Assembly: GCF_022045235.1 (NCBI RefSeq)
Contig: NW_027266285.1
Location: 1,860,001-1,924,000, forward strand
Direction: 5' to 3'
From: Haliotis cracherodii
Taxonomy: Eukaryota
DNA length: 64,000 bases
Positions 11,753-25,039 of this stretch are shown in pieces. Numbering within the stretch: the stretch's first letter is position 1; each line of letters opens with the position of its first letter. The notes under the pieces are model-generated. The model searched no databases. It was not told where the DNA came from and saw only the letters and a program-made list of their open reading frames with translations. The translations under genes and the position numbers were made by a program.

Positions 11753-13352
11753 ACTCGTAGTGGCAGGATTCTCGTAGTGGCAGGATCCCCATAGTGGCAG
11801 GATTCTCGTAGTGGCAGGATCCTCGTAGTGGCAGGATTCTCGTAGTGGCAGGATTCTCGTAGTGGCAGGATTCTCGTAGTGGCAGTACCCTAGAAGTGGC
11901 AGGATCCTCGTAGTGGCAGGATTCTCGTAGTGACAGGATCCTCGTAGTGGCAGTATCCTAGAAGTGGAAGGATCCTAGAAATGGCAGGATCCTAGAAGTG
12001 GCAGGATCCTCGTAGTGGCAGTATCCTAGAAGGACAGGATCCTCGTAGTGGCAGGATCCTACAAGTGGCAGGATTCTCGTAGTGGCAGGATCCTCGTATT
12101 GGCAGGATCCTCGTATTGGCAGGATTGTAGAAGGGCAGGATCCTCGTAGTGGCAGGATCCTAGAAGTGGCAGGATTCTCGTAGTGGCAGGATCCTAGAAG
12201 TGGCAGGATTCTCGTAGTGGCAGGATCCTAGAAGTGGCAGGATTCTCGTAGTGGCAGGATCATCGAAGTGGCAGGAACCTCGTAGTGGCAGGATTCTAGA
12301 AGTGGCAGGAGCCCAGACGTGGAAGGATTCTCGTAGTGTCAGGATCCTAGAAGTGGCAGGATTCTCGTAGTGGCAGGATCCTAGAAGTGGCAGGATCCTC
12401 GTAGTGTCAGGATCCTAGAAGTGGCAGGATCATCGAAGTGGCAGGATCCTCGTAGTGGCAGGAGCCCAGACGTGGAAGGATTCTCGTAGTGGCAGGATCC
12501 TCGTAGTGGCAGGATCCTCGAAGTGGCAAGATCCTAGAAGTGGCAGGATCTTAGAAGTGGCAGTATCCTGGAAGTGGTAGGGTCCTCGTAGTGGCAGGTT
12601 CCTTGTAGTGGCAGGATCCTAGAAGTAGCAGGATCCTAGAAGTGGCAGGAACCTCGAAGTGGCAGGATCCTAGAAGTGGCAGGATCCTGGGAGTGGCAGG
12701 ATCCTCGAAGTGGCAGGATCCTAGAAGTGACATGATCCTAGAAGTGGCCGGATCCTATAAGTGACAGGATCCTCGTAGTGTCAGGATCCTAGAAGTGGCA
12801 GGATCCTCGTAGTGGCAGGAGCCCAGACGTGGAAGGATTCTCGTAGTGGCAGGATCCTCGTAGTGGCAGGATCCTCGAAGTGGCAAGATCCTAGAAGTGG
12901 CAGGATCTTAGAAGTGGCAGTATCCTCGAAGTGGTAGGGTCCTCGTAGTGGCAGGTTCCTTATAGTGGCAGGATCCTAGAAGTAGCAGGATCCTAGAAGT
13001 GGCAGGAACCTCGAAGTGGCAGGATCCTAGAAGTGGCAGGATCCTGGGAGTGGCAGGATCCTCGAAATGGCAGGATCCTAGAAGTGGCAGGATCCTCGAA
13101 GTGGCAGGATCCTAGAAGTGACATGATCCTAGAAGTGGCCGGATCCTATAAGTGACAGGATCCTCGTAGTGTCAGGATCCTAGAAGTGGCCAGATCCTAG
13201 AAGTGGCAGGATCCTAGAAGTGGCGGGATCCTAGAAGTGGCAGGATCCTAGAAGTGGCAGGATCCTAGAAGTGGCAGGATCCTCGTAGTGGCAGGATCCT
13301 AGAAGTGGCAGGATCCTCGTAGCGGCAGGATCCTAGAAGTGGCAGGATCCTA
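11753..13352. repeat. 17-bp minisatellite (agtggcaggatcctaga / agtggcaggatcctcgt), ~94 copies, with higher-order duplication
   Basis: Direct reading; rare variant ggagcccagacgtggaagg at 12308, 12461 and 12818 (spacings 9x17 and 21x17). Confidence 0.98.
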
Positions 13353-15285
13353 TGATCGGGCGCAAATCCAAGATTCGTGCTGATCATAATTTTTGATACA
13401 TTAAAGTGGCATCGTCCAAGGCCTGCAACACTTCCAGTATTCTCACATCAAGCTGACACGCCATCATTTGACCGAAATATTCTTAAAGAGGCTTTGAACC
13501 CAACTTCGTCACTCATTCACAGTGTTCAATCAGTGCTCTGCAAAATTCGTATGTATGCTGGAACAATTTCAACAGAAACCATATAAAAAGAATAACGGAT
13601 CAACACCTACATATCGTGTCAGGTGCGAACACTCCACACCAAAGAATAATTAGAATTGGTTATAAAAGTTATAAAAAGTTATAAAAAGATAATACAGCAG
13701 AATAATCGTTAGGGTCAATAGTTTTGAAAAAGTAAGGTATTTATTTTGTATTCTAGCATGTGTGTTTACTTTACTCGTTGTTTAGAGTTTTCAGCGTGTC
13801 TAGGAATAGACGTTGCAAGCGTGAAATAAAAATAAATATACTTTCTTCCCACATTTTAGCCATACTGTGCTAGCTGTATTCCGATAAAGTCACCTCGTCC
13901 TCGTGGTTATAAGTGGGAATGAACCATTGCTGGTCACAAACGTTAAAGGCATGTTCACTTATGAACCAGTATATAAACTGTATCTGAACTGAAACATGGT
14001 ATAAGTGATTAAAGTTATACCCTCAATCAGATTACAATTCTATTTGCAAGTGAGCATTTGGGCACATCGTTACAAATGATTAAGATCAAACAATCTTACA
14101 CTGCATATACATGCAGACTGATTACAATGTGATCAGCTTTCTGTTGTTTTGTGTGTATATGTTAGTTTATATGGGACCGTTGTCCAACTGCACGCTTTAA
14201 TTAATTTCTGATCATACACGTAGCGTATCTTTGAACCACAAAAACAAGCTACTTTTACCTTATGCGACTTTACTAGCGAAAGACTCAGCATCTGTTTGAT
14301 ATATGTCATGTTGGCAGAGGAATTAATTTCTTAGACGCGTTGTACTCAGTGGAAGGAAAGTTCCACCATGAAGGGATCATGTTATAACTAGCGCAGTTCA
14401 CCTGTCCGCTGAAGCCGGAGGCGAAATGACAGGCTACTGATTGCCAGCGAGAGATATCATCACCATCGCTTCCCATCGCATTTTATCCAGCTCCGCGGGA
14501 GGTAAAATCGATCGATACTCAAGGCCACAGCGAAATGGTCTTCCTTCACCTAATTAACCCATTTGGGCGGGGGATTTTCTTCCTGTTCAGAATATTGCGA
14601 TTATCACTATCCGAAATTCTATATAACTTTAGTCTTTTAATGTCACACTTTGTTGAATTATGTCAACTTGTTTGCATGGACCGCCTTACGTAGGAGGTCG
14701 CTTTGGAAGTCATTAACCTACTTCGGAACTTTTGTCAGCAACTATTCCTGATTATGGTCAGTGATGTCTGCTATTCAGGTAATGTGTGTCATCAATATAT
14801 CTAAAAAATGGGATAAATCGGCTCAGTCCCCATGCGCTGGTTAGATGACCGGTTCGATCTAACAAATTGACCTGTTGCGGTTTGTAATGACACTCGGAAC
14901 TAACTTTTGGGAACTCTTCTTCATATACTTCAAACATGTTGCATGTTACATTGGCATTAAAGGTGTACGGTGTGCTTGTCAATGATACCAGGTCCACGCT
15001 GTTTTCAGCGTAGGTACCACGACACGGCTCTATGTTGGTGTGGATTGAGTTTTTGTTTTTTTAGCGTCAGAGAGTGGCGCCATTAACTCTTCTCCAAAAA
15101 GGAAGCCTATAAGACGACGAGATTTTTGCGGGCATCACAATACCTCTATTGCTGATTAAAGCAAGGTTGAATAATTACACAACACTGAATAGCAATCTTA
15201 TATTATATACAGGCAAAAATTAAAAAGTTAAATTATATGTTCATTCGAATGTAGGCACCAAAAGAAACTGTGCATATGATAAGAA

Positions 15286-17021
15286 TATTTACTATCCTAA
15301 CTCGAAAATAAACACCTTTAAATGTAGTCGATACTCCTTAAAGAGCTATATTATTAAACGTTGTCTTTATTTGTATCATTAGTGAAATATCACGAGAATA
15401 GTTTCAGGGACAACAAAAGCCAAATAAGAAACACGATCCATGGATTGTCCTAAACCTTAATAAGTATTTTTTTAAAAACCCGAAAACAAACCTCTCCTTT
15501 GGACATAATTTCATTACCTAATATATTCATAAGCAACTCTAACAAACCCCCAAACCATAAATGACAGTAGAAGTGAAAGACCAACAAACTCGCTTGTCAG
15601 GAAATGATGGTGTGCATGACATTTTAAAACCAGTGCTATAAGTTCATGTTGTAAGGAAATTATAAGGCTAGACCGCACAACTCAATTTATATTTTCATTT
15701 TTTTATAGTCACAGATGTTACTTTCATTTAGGTAGAAAGGACTATTAATTAGACTTCGGGAAGCATCATGTGTCACGTCAGAATCCTTGAACTTTTCTAA
15801 GATTCCTGGGGGATCAATTAGCCTTCATATGTCAACGATTGCTACAAGACAAGAGGAAGAGTTTTCACTAGAGATGATGTCCTTATGAATGTGCGTTGGA
15901 TCAGTCCTTTCTTTGATTTGTGTTGGGAGGGCTAGTCACTGCTTCGTAAGACTTGACACAAGCCTCTTCAACCCTGTTCTTGAATGAGGTGCCAGTGTTC
16001 GATTCTTGCTCTAGGCGTGAAACCTCCATCCGCCGCTGTAACGTACATTGTATTCAAAGGGACATTTACGTAAATGATTATATTTTCAACAAGCAAGACA
16101 CGAACACGTAATCCAGTGTGTATATATTTTACTGTTAGGCATACTCTGCCTCAACTTCATTGAATAGAAACTGTTGAGTTAAATACATGGAATATACATT
16201 AAACTATACATATATATCGTACTGATATAGCCGCAGGGATCATCATAATAAACGTCCATTTTCTGACAGAAATGTTTATGGATTCCTTGTGAAGTAGCTT
16301 TTGTGATGACTGCGTTCATATTCTTTGTCAAAGGATTTGTCCTGAATGATGAATTCGTTGTGCGAATATGTCATTAATTCAGTCATCTGTTTGAAGCAGT
16401 GAGACGTTTGTCCATTTTGCATTTGGTTCTAGGGATTCTACTTTCCGAACCGAAAATTCCATGTTGCAAATGGCAGTATAAACAACCATGCACCACATCA
16501 AGGTCCGTGACAAACAAGTAGGCATATCACCCATGTTCACCCGAACTGTTGGTTCTACTGAGTATTCTGGGAACCTATTCTTTGATAATTATTCAGGTTG
16601 CATACGAGTCCACATTTCACGAATCCAAATTTAGTGGCAAACACCTTTACACTCGTAGCATTGGTACAATACAATAACTAACAAGGGAGTTTGTTGGTCT
16701 TTGACATCTGCTGACATTTATGGTTTCTGATTGAGATTAAAACGGGGCTTGTAGAAGAGGATTATGAATAAAATAGGTAATGAAATTATGTCCAAAGGAG
16801 AGGTGTGTTTGTGTATTTTGAAAGTACTGATTTAGGTTTAGGACAATCCATGTATCGTGTTTCTTACTTTGCTTTTGTTGTCCCTGAAATTATTCTCGTG
16901 GTATTTCACTGATGGTTTAAATAAAAACAACGTCTATGTTTGTTTAATAATTTAGCTATATAAGGATAATCGACTACATTTATAGGCGAGTTTATTTGTT
17001 ATCGAGTTAAGATAGTAAATA
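15286..17021. mobile_element. Foldback / non-autonomous DNA transposon with ~350-bp terminal inverted repeats
   Basis: 15286-~15643 is the diverged reverse complement of ~16650-17021 (e.g. cctctcctttggacataatttcattaccta / taggtaatgaaattatgtccaaaggagagg; aaagaccaacaaactc / gagtttgttggtcttt); no intact ORF inside. Confidence 0.85.
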
Positions 17022-18411
17022 AAGCACACCGTTTTGCAGTTTAAAGTGACAAGCATATTTATATATGGATTCATTAAGCAGTGCACAGATTCATCTTGCA
17101 GATGTTCCTAGAAAGAAGCTATTTTGCCGTTACACATTTTCTATCAGCCATCGTCGCTGGCCCAGTTCATCAGCAACTGTGAGTCTTTTTGTAAATTTCT
17201 TTTGCAAGTATGGTTACCAAGAAACACGAGCACATATACGTCCATTGATAGTTCAAGGTCTTTATATTCGCCATTGTCGCATTTCAAAAATGAAACTAAA
17301 TATCAACATGAATGCTAAGTACACATGTGTCCTTCATACGCAAGAAGAGACAAACGTAAGCCTGTTAAGAATATCTCAGTTTATTATTTAGAAGCAGGTG
17401 GCCAAATGGAATGATTAGAAAGTTTGCAAAAGTATAATGTACTTCTTTCAAATGAAATATAAGTGGGCGAAGATTAAGGTTTCCGTCTTTTATTCTGTTG
17501 TGTGTTGTAAATGTGTTCAGTATATGACTGGAGTGGCCTTGAAACCCGTTTTAAATTATGATAGAAGTGTTCATGAATCAAAGGCAATGGGATTGTAAAG
17601 CTTAGATTGCTTCCAAGGGGTTCCTTTACTTGAACTGAGATGGCTCGTCTATCAAGGTCGAATACATACGTAAACGCAGGCTCCGATCATTACTTCTCAG
17701 ATTTATTACATCAACTAATAGGTCACATGCCTATCAATGTCCACAACACATTTCACTTTATTTTTATCATCATTTATTGCAATACAAAGAATAAAAGTTT
17801 CATCTTAGAATGTGGAACATTGAGCCCATAAAGTGAGACGTGCTCCCGCTGCATCTTGTGGACATATCTTGCTTGTAATACACCTAATGAGAGAGCCACA
17901 TTTTGCTAGTCTTACACCAGCCTCGCGCTGGTACGCATGGTTAGAGTTGCCTTTTAAGGCGGTTACATGTATATAGAACCAAGACAAATCCTGACTTCAT
18001 TGAGTTGCTTGTGAGCTCATGATGAACTTGACCACGGAACAAGTACATTATATAACAGAACGACATCCTTCAATATTAAACTCTCCTTACATTATTGAAA
18101 AAGAAAACAGTTTGTGTGGATAGAGATATTTAGAAAAGAATGTAATTTCACATATTTGAAATATAGTCCATGAAACTGAAGTTACTGATGCTGATCCTGA
18201 TTGGATTTGATCATGATCATGGTTAGAGTCGAGATACACTCGTCCTCACACTTTACACAGGACATCAACACGTTCAGGAGATTCCGCATGAACCAGAAAC
18301 ATGAAAGAACAATTTGTTGTAATACATGTACCAGTGACTTAAAGATTATAATTAGCTTCAAGGTTCTAAACTTCAGGTATTCTATTTGTTGTTGAGATTA
18401 TTATTATTATT

Positions 18412-19200
18412 TACATATTAGAATAAACAATGCAGCAAAGAGGGTTTGGGTGATCCTGGCACAGTCTGGTTAGGCTCATCATCAGCTCAGGGCCCTTGCC
18501 CCTCTACACGCAGCCCAGACAGGGAAAGGGACTTCCCCCAAGAAGCGCTGCCTAGTCAAACCCACTCAGAACTTTTCGGAGAATGTGAAGACCCCCTTAA
18601 CACTGCAGCCTTCTGCATTACCCAGATGGTCAGAAGGGCTGTATTCCTGGTAGAAAACCCGGGTACTCTCCCAGTGTCAGTCAACAGATTGGGAGGTACC
18701 AAACCTAAGGCACCGAGAACAATGGGGAGTCGGACAACCTTGTACTTTGGATGCAAGCGTGACATTCGAAAGCGAGGTCCGCATATTTGCCATGTTTTTC
18801 CTGAATCTTGTCATTCACATTAGTGTCAAAAGGGACAGAAAAGTCATGATATAAATGATTTCATTGGATTTATCAAAAAGGACAAGATCAGGTTTGTTGG
18901 CCTGGATTTTTCATATCGCCCTCTACATATTCTTAGTCGTACCCTGGATTGACCTCTGTGTCAAGACCACCATTATATCGCTTAAGATACTGTGTTTGTG
19001 CAAAAGCTGGGCATCCACTGACAATGTGTTGGACAGTCTACTTAAATTCATTACACAATCAACATTTTATATTTACATTTTGATGGTCCCGAGTAGCAAA
19101 CAGAAAACCTTCAGTTTCACTTTTTAGGTCAGCCGACTTCATCCAAGCGAAGGGTTGCTGAACTTCTCAACACACTGCACATAAACTACATAAACTAATT
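18412..19200 (-). mobile_element. 5'-truncated R4/Dong-clade non-LTR retrotransposon (CCHC knuckle, restriction-like endonuclease, 3'UTR), decayed
   Basis: Translations LKSETEGFLFA, QHIVSGCPAFAQTQYLKR, ANKPDLVLFDK..DFSVPFD..EKHGKYADLA, LPIVLGALGLVP..MQKAAVL; (TAA)n tracts on both sides. Confidence 0.88.
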
Positions 19201-21304
19201 GTGATGATGATGATGATGATGATTATGATTATGATTATTATTATTACAATGTTAATATTAGGTTACAAGAACTCACTGTCAATGATCTTTAAAATGTCGG
19301 GAAAATGCACCACCAGATAAGAATTAATCCCAAAGGCACAATGTAAATGTTTATTAGGTATGATAGATCTTAATATGTGTTTCAGTTAAATATCAGGATG
19401 TGTGTGGTAACCACGATTGGATGCCGAACACGAACCATCTGCATGTGGATAGTTTGAAGAAACAATGTTGTTTTATAGAGATACATTTTGCGGGAAGTCT
19501 CTTAATAATTCCGCTGCACAAGTCGTAATTGGTTGCCGTGTGCGTGTTGTAAGATAAAGGAAGAAACACAATGGTAATATGACGGCTTCGATTGAAAAAG
19601 TCGTTAAAAATTTTCAGTTTATCCATTTTTATATTTTTTAATTTGAACTGTTGATGTGAAGAACAGCAGTCTCTTTCAGTGGTGAATGACTTGTACATGA
19701 GTCATATTCTAACAAGCTGCTGCACCTATAGGTCTGATGGCAAGAACGTGGATCTTGCGTCTCACGAACACCGCCAGGTAGCCAGTAATTACAGAGACAG
19801 TGGCGCTTGAGCTGTCATCAAAGGCTCTGCCGCCAGCCGAGCAAGATCGATAACCCAACCCGCCCAAAATTCGGTCGCTACTCGCAAAATCCTCTTTAAT
19901 TTGTCCTCGCTCAACAATTTGTACAACTGCTTTACTGTCTCCTCATATGCGTCAATCTGACTTCCCCTCGGCACAATTTGACCGTTGGTCATCAAGTGCT
20001 TCTTCTCATCATCTTCCGGTGAAAGTTGTAGAGGACATCTGCACCTTCGGCAGTAAAATCAGATGACCATCATGAAAGGAATGCGGAATGGACACACATT
20101 TACAAAAGCCCATTATTGATGTTATATTTCAAAAGCAATTTGTGGCCTTTGTCTCATTCGGTTGATTTCTCTCTTCTTCGTGAAAAACGTAACATGTTCT
20201 TAAAGTTTAGGTGCCATAGTTGAGTTTTTAGGAAATAACTGTCGCAGCAGTAAGATCGCTTTTGGAGGTGGTACTAGTTTCAACAGATGACCTTGGTTGG
20301 GTAGGGAAGGTAGAAATGTCACCAATTTGTGTTAACTGTCCATGGATCAATGTTACAACTATCACTTGAATATATGAGTGAAAAATATATTTTAACGCCA
20401 CAGGTACTGTTACAGTTACTGAATCGAATCAGTATCGGACAACAGCGTGGTCGAAATAGTGAGCATCGAGTCTCATCTTTGAGCTAAGATGACCACTCGA
20501 TTACGCTGTAATTCAATCTAATAAATGTGTCATTGTGGATCTGTACCCGACATTTCCCAGGCCAATACATAAATCTTTGGTTCAGTGCGCATTATGGTAG
20601 TGCTGCCATTTCTTGTCATGGTTTATTACTATGTTTCTACTCGAGTACCGTGTACGTTCCAAATATCAAAGGCGCAGTCTTGACATTATATTTTCGGTCC
20701 ATTGTGTTTTTATCACACACGAGTCCGCTCGTAGTTATATAATTGTTTACTGCTATGTTTCGAGTGGCGACAATTTTCTATTCAAAATTTTAAACTGCAG
20801 TCAATTGAGAATGAAAACAAAGTAACATTGATTCAATGAGAAACCATACACATACGTTGCAAATATAATTCACTCTTATGATTGTACGAGCATCATTGAT
20901 ATTTTTGTATGAGTAAATTAGATGATCAATTTCTGCTCAACTTTATAGGCGTTCTTTCTAAGAAGAGATACCTGGTTTTTCATGTTTGTTATTTTCTTAA
21001 TCATTGAAGGTAGCGTGACATTAGACATTAAAGTTGAAATTGTATATGAAATATGAAGACTTTTTATAAAATACCAATGTAATAAAAGAATGACGATGAT
21101 ATTATGTATTTCCTTCAAACATTGAAGACTGCATTGTGTCATATATCGTGTTAAATAACAATGTTGTAGATTTGTCCACCTTTCTTTTTCCATTGACCAG
21201 ACTCCAAGTGTTGTTATGATTCTGACTCAGATGCTTCGTTGAAGACGTGCTTTATTGGTATGAGAGATCAGGTGACTCCGATTACATCAATAATGTATCC
21301 TGGC

Positions 21305-21348
<44 letters not shown>
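21305..21348. repeat. (AAT)n microsatellite at the 5' flank of the R4/Dong copy
   Basis: Direct reading. Confidence 0.95.
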
Positions 21349-21350
<2 letters not shown>

Positions 21351-22512
21351 GGAGGATGAGTTATTGGCCATCTCGTGGAAGGTCAGGCCTATACGTACTT
21401 AGGGGTGCAGATTAGGGACAAACTCCAGAATGCCAATATCAAGGCAAAACTTCGGTCAGAGTACAAATGTAGACTTAAGAAAATCTGGAGTTCAGAGCTG
21501 AACGCTGGCATCAAAGTCAAAGCCACAAATACTTGTGCCCGTCCTTGTTGCTGTGCCAGTCCTTGTTGCTGTGTCCGCCCTTCGTATTCTTTTGGTGTTG
21601 TTGATTGGACGAAACAAGAAATTCAGGGACAGACACCCTCACACGAAGAATCATGTCAGACAATAGATCCTATCACCCTCGCTCTTCCCTCAATCGCTTA
21701 TATTTACCAATCATTATGGGAAGACGTGGTTTGATTAACGTTGGGGCTCTTCATTATAGAATTGTTTGGTGTACTTTTGCACACATTTATTTGTGTGATG
21801 ATCCTCTTGTGAAGCATGTCAAAACTCATGATGAAAACAAGACATTCCACAGTTTTCTAAAACGAGCCAAAGATGTGGGATATAATCTCAATGTCGGTGT
21901 TGATTTTGTTGATGGTTCTGTACTGCTGAACGGTATAGAAATGAGTGTCATTCAAGTGCCATATTAAGTCCGACGAGACTCAGTTTTTAAAGGAGAGGCT
22001 ATCCGAACGACCACTGCATCGAGTTTATGTGCAGAGTGTTGATAAGATCAGCAATCAGAGTCCTTTGCTTTGATGAAGTCGTCTGACCTGAAAGGTGAAA
22101 CAGAAGGCTTTCTGTTTGCTGCTTAGGGCCAGTCACTGCCCACTCGAAACCGTCAGTGTGTGATTTTGCATCAAAATGTAAATATGAAAAGTAGATTATG
22201 TAATGAATTTAATGAGACTGTCCAACAAATTGTTAGTGGATGCCCAGCTTTGGCACAAACACAGTATCTTAAGCGACATGATGGAGTGCCTGTTTCATTT
22301 TATTACCGTCTTCACCATACTTGTGGTTTTGACACAGAGGTCCATCCATAGTGCGACCCAGCTTATGTAGAGGGCGTCATGGAGAATTAAAAATAAATCC
22401 AAAATTCGTAGGAATAGGCCCGTATACAGCTGGTGATGAGTCTAACCATCCTGACTGTGCCAGGATCACCCAAACACTCTTTGGTGCATTTAAAAAAAAA
22501 TTAATCAGTGCA
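21349..22512 (+). mobile_element. 5'-truncated R4/Dong-clade non-LTR retrotransposon (RT C-terminus, CCHC knuckle, 3'UTR; endonuclease deleted)
   Basis: YTYLGV..EYKCRLKKIWSSELN, YSFGVVDWTKQEI, YHPRSSLNRLYLP..GRRGL, LKGETEGFLFAA, RLCNEFNETVQQIVSGCPALAQTQYLKRHD; 3'UTR gactgtgccaggatcacccaaac shared with the 18412-19200 copy; followed by (taa)n. Confidence 0.9.
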
Positions 22513-23249
22513 TAATAATAATAATTCTTTTAAAGCGCTAACTTCCATGCAACAAAGCATGCTCAAACACATATACATATGTAAACAAGAGTTAAATGGC
22601 TGAGTTTTCAAACAAATATATTTAAGTCTTGGCGCGGTTCTGAGGGCAATTAGACATGTAACATGACAATACACGAGAAATCCTTCCATGTTAAATGTCT
22701 CAACACATGTTGTAACATTTTACACTTCAGCATTTCCATAATAGCAATAGTTTCAGCGATAATCAGTTATTTTATTAAAAAAATACTTTCAGGAAGGGTA
22801 CCAAGAAACTTCCACTATCAAACTGTCATAAACATGAGAAGGTATTAATGTGTTTCAAAAGTGAAATGTCACTTCAGCATATGCTGCATGTTGAATGTAT
22901 TGAAGATCATCAACATTTGAAGTTCACATAAAAACACATAATCTTGCTAATGGACAGTTGTATGACGCAGTCTCTGAGATCGTCGTTGAACATATTCAGG
23001 TGCACAGCAGTGTCTTGAACACTACTGACAAAATCTCTGTCAAGTCCCTCGTCAATTCTAGAACTTCCAGCACCAGAAACAGCAGATCCATTATTTGGCA
23101 CTGATATTGCCACATGTATAAGCGAAGATGTATATGACATCATTTCTTTCGAAACCCAACCTGTATTAACTCCTGACACAGATGCAACATATGGAATGTG
23201 TCTCGAGAATTTTCGCACAGATCTCTGAAGTATTACAATTAACTATCTG

Positions 23250-23745
23250 GAAGGGTGCCTCGCTGTTTCTTATGAAGAATCATATCTCGCATCATTGTAA
23301 ATTGGTTGCGTTTTAAAGTGTACAGTGTTTGCCACATATGTGTACACGATGTCATCTTCATCCAAAGTATGTTAGTTTGCAGCATGCTTCTCAACATGAA
23401 ACATGAGAAACAACATGGCTAGAGTCTCACAGGTCGCACGACGAGCAGCATCACTATATATCTGACGTATTCTTGGAAGTTGACTCTTCCAGTCTTTTCA
23501 ATCACCCTCTCTTCAGAAATATACGGAAACGTTCAATTTTCCCAGTTTCCCATTGCTTGAAGCAATGATTCAAAAGTAGAAAGTACCCAATCTTTACTTG
23601 TACCATATGTTCCCGTGTTTGTTCAGGTAAACATTTGACTTGCCACCGGTAGGGCAGAATTCGCTCACATTTTCGTGAACACCGGGTATCGCCACTATTT
23701 GATAGTGACTTTTTAGCACATGCTTTGATACAGTCGGAATCGTAA
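23250..23745 (+). mobile_element. Highly decayed Penelope-like element RT C-terminus and 3' tail
   Basis: Frameshifted traces of LF..YEE, a YIDDV-like VHDVIFI, DVFLEVD and NFP.FPLL.SN; 23600-23745 is homologous to the reverse complement of 53000-53165. Confidence 0.5.
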
Positions 23746-25039
23746 ACTCTTCTTTTTTTAAGATTACGGAAAGGGTTTAGTCTGAATCACCGGGCCTTCA
23801 TATTAACGCTAAGCGTTTGGATAACACCAATTAAATATATGAATGAGTGAGTAACTGTACTTTAGGGCCACAGGCACAATTACAGTTTGGTTACGGTGGA
23901 CTGAATCGAATCCGCATCAGATAAACCCGTGGTTGATATAATGAGCAACGATCAATGTCCTTTGGCTGAGCTGATATACAAACATGGTTTGGGGAACTTG
24001 TTTTCCCCGACTAAATAATTGATTCAGAGCCTTTACTTTTTTTATCATCTTATAACACAGACTATTAGTAGTATCCATTCACTATTAACGTCGATTAACA
24101 TGAACCATACAGTTTAGCTATTTCCTTGCATAGTCTAACGCGCCGCATTTCACCGCGCATCCTGCTCTAAAACGTATTCATTTCACCGCGGTATTTAAGG
24201 TCGTTCAACGGTGCCACTGTCACATAATTTATTACGATACAAATTTATCATGGATCATCATGTAACGTTTTGTAAAAGGACGAAATAATAATATCGCTTT
24301 ATAAGTAGGGAAAATGTTATTGCTTTTAAATAAAGAGCCAAGACAGTTTTGTTCAAAATTGGAATGAAAGCAGATCAAGCAATAAACTGTGGACAGGGGT
24401 ATATTAGCAATTAGCAGCAAGGACAGTGAAGTGTCGGCATCAGTGTCGGTCAGGGCTAAGCATATCTCAGGGAAAAGGTCAACTGCTTCACTTAGGAATG
24501 GGCCAAGCCCGGAGGTAGATACTTAGATATATTGTACTTTCTCGGAGTTTTCAATGACCAAGGCATACATATTGCTATATTTGTAGCATCATTCACGTCA
24601 GCAACAGTTGTTAGTTATACTGAGGGAACTTTAGTCAGATTAATTGGCAAAACAACGAATCTGGTTATATATATCCGCTACACACAAGTAGTTTCTGCCA
24701 ACAAGTTGTTTGTCAGGAATGAATATGTTTGCGACATGGCCGTAATCCAATAACCTATTGCTGCCAAATGGTGTGATGCCACCCAAAAGAGTACACTGTG
24801 ACGTGTCGTAACACATTGTTCCTTTAGAATGGTAAAGACTCAAAAACTCCAAACCTGAAGATGACAACGAAGTAGTAATATTTTGTGAATACGACCAAAT
24901 CATTAAACGCGATAGAAAAGAAAAGTGTATATTTTAGTGCCTTTTGTCAGTTTAAACTGTTAGGCCTTATCGATACCCAGGATATGCCGGCCCCACAGGG
25001 TGTACGGGTTTGGAAAGGTCCCGACCAACCTGACTGGCG

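Noticed and set aside
11753-13352. CRISPR-like appearance and ORF 12551-12733
   Set aside because: Units are contiguous with no unique spacers, there are no cas genes and the context is eukaryotic; the ORF is a by-product of the repeat
14758-14997. FRYIDD motif suggesting a reverse transcriptase
   Set aside because: No flanking RT motifs (GIPMG upstream, YLDL downstream) found; probably chance
17101-17185. Possible signal-peptide exon MFLERSYFAVTHFLSAIVAGPVHQQL between AG and GTGAGT
   Set aside because: No convincing downstream exon; such splice-like pairs arise by chance
18455-18495. ctgatgatgag in the R4 3'UTR as a hammerhead
   Set aside because: No GAAA core or compatible helices
20370-20490. 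Very degenerate family A-like tail, similar to 23845-23975
   Set aside because: Too diverged to delimit; probably old copies, so not annotated
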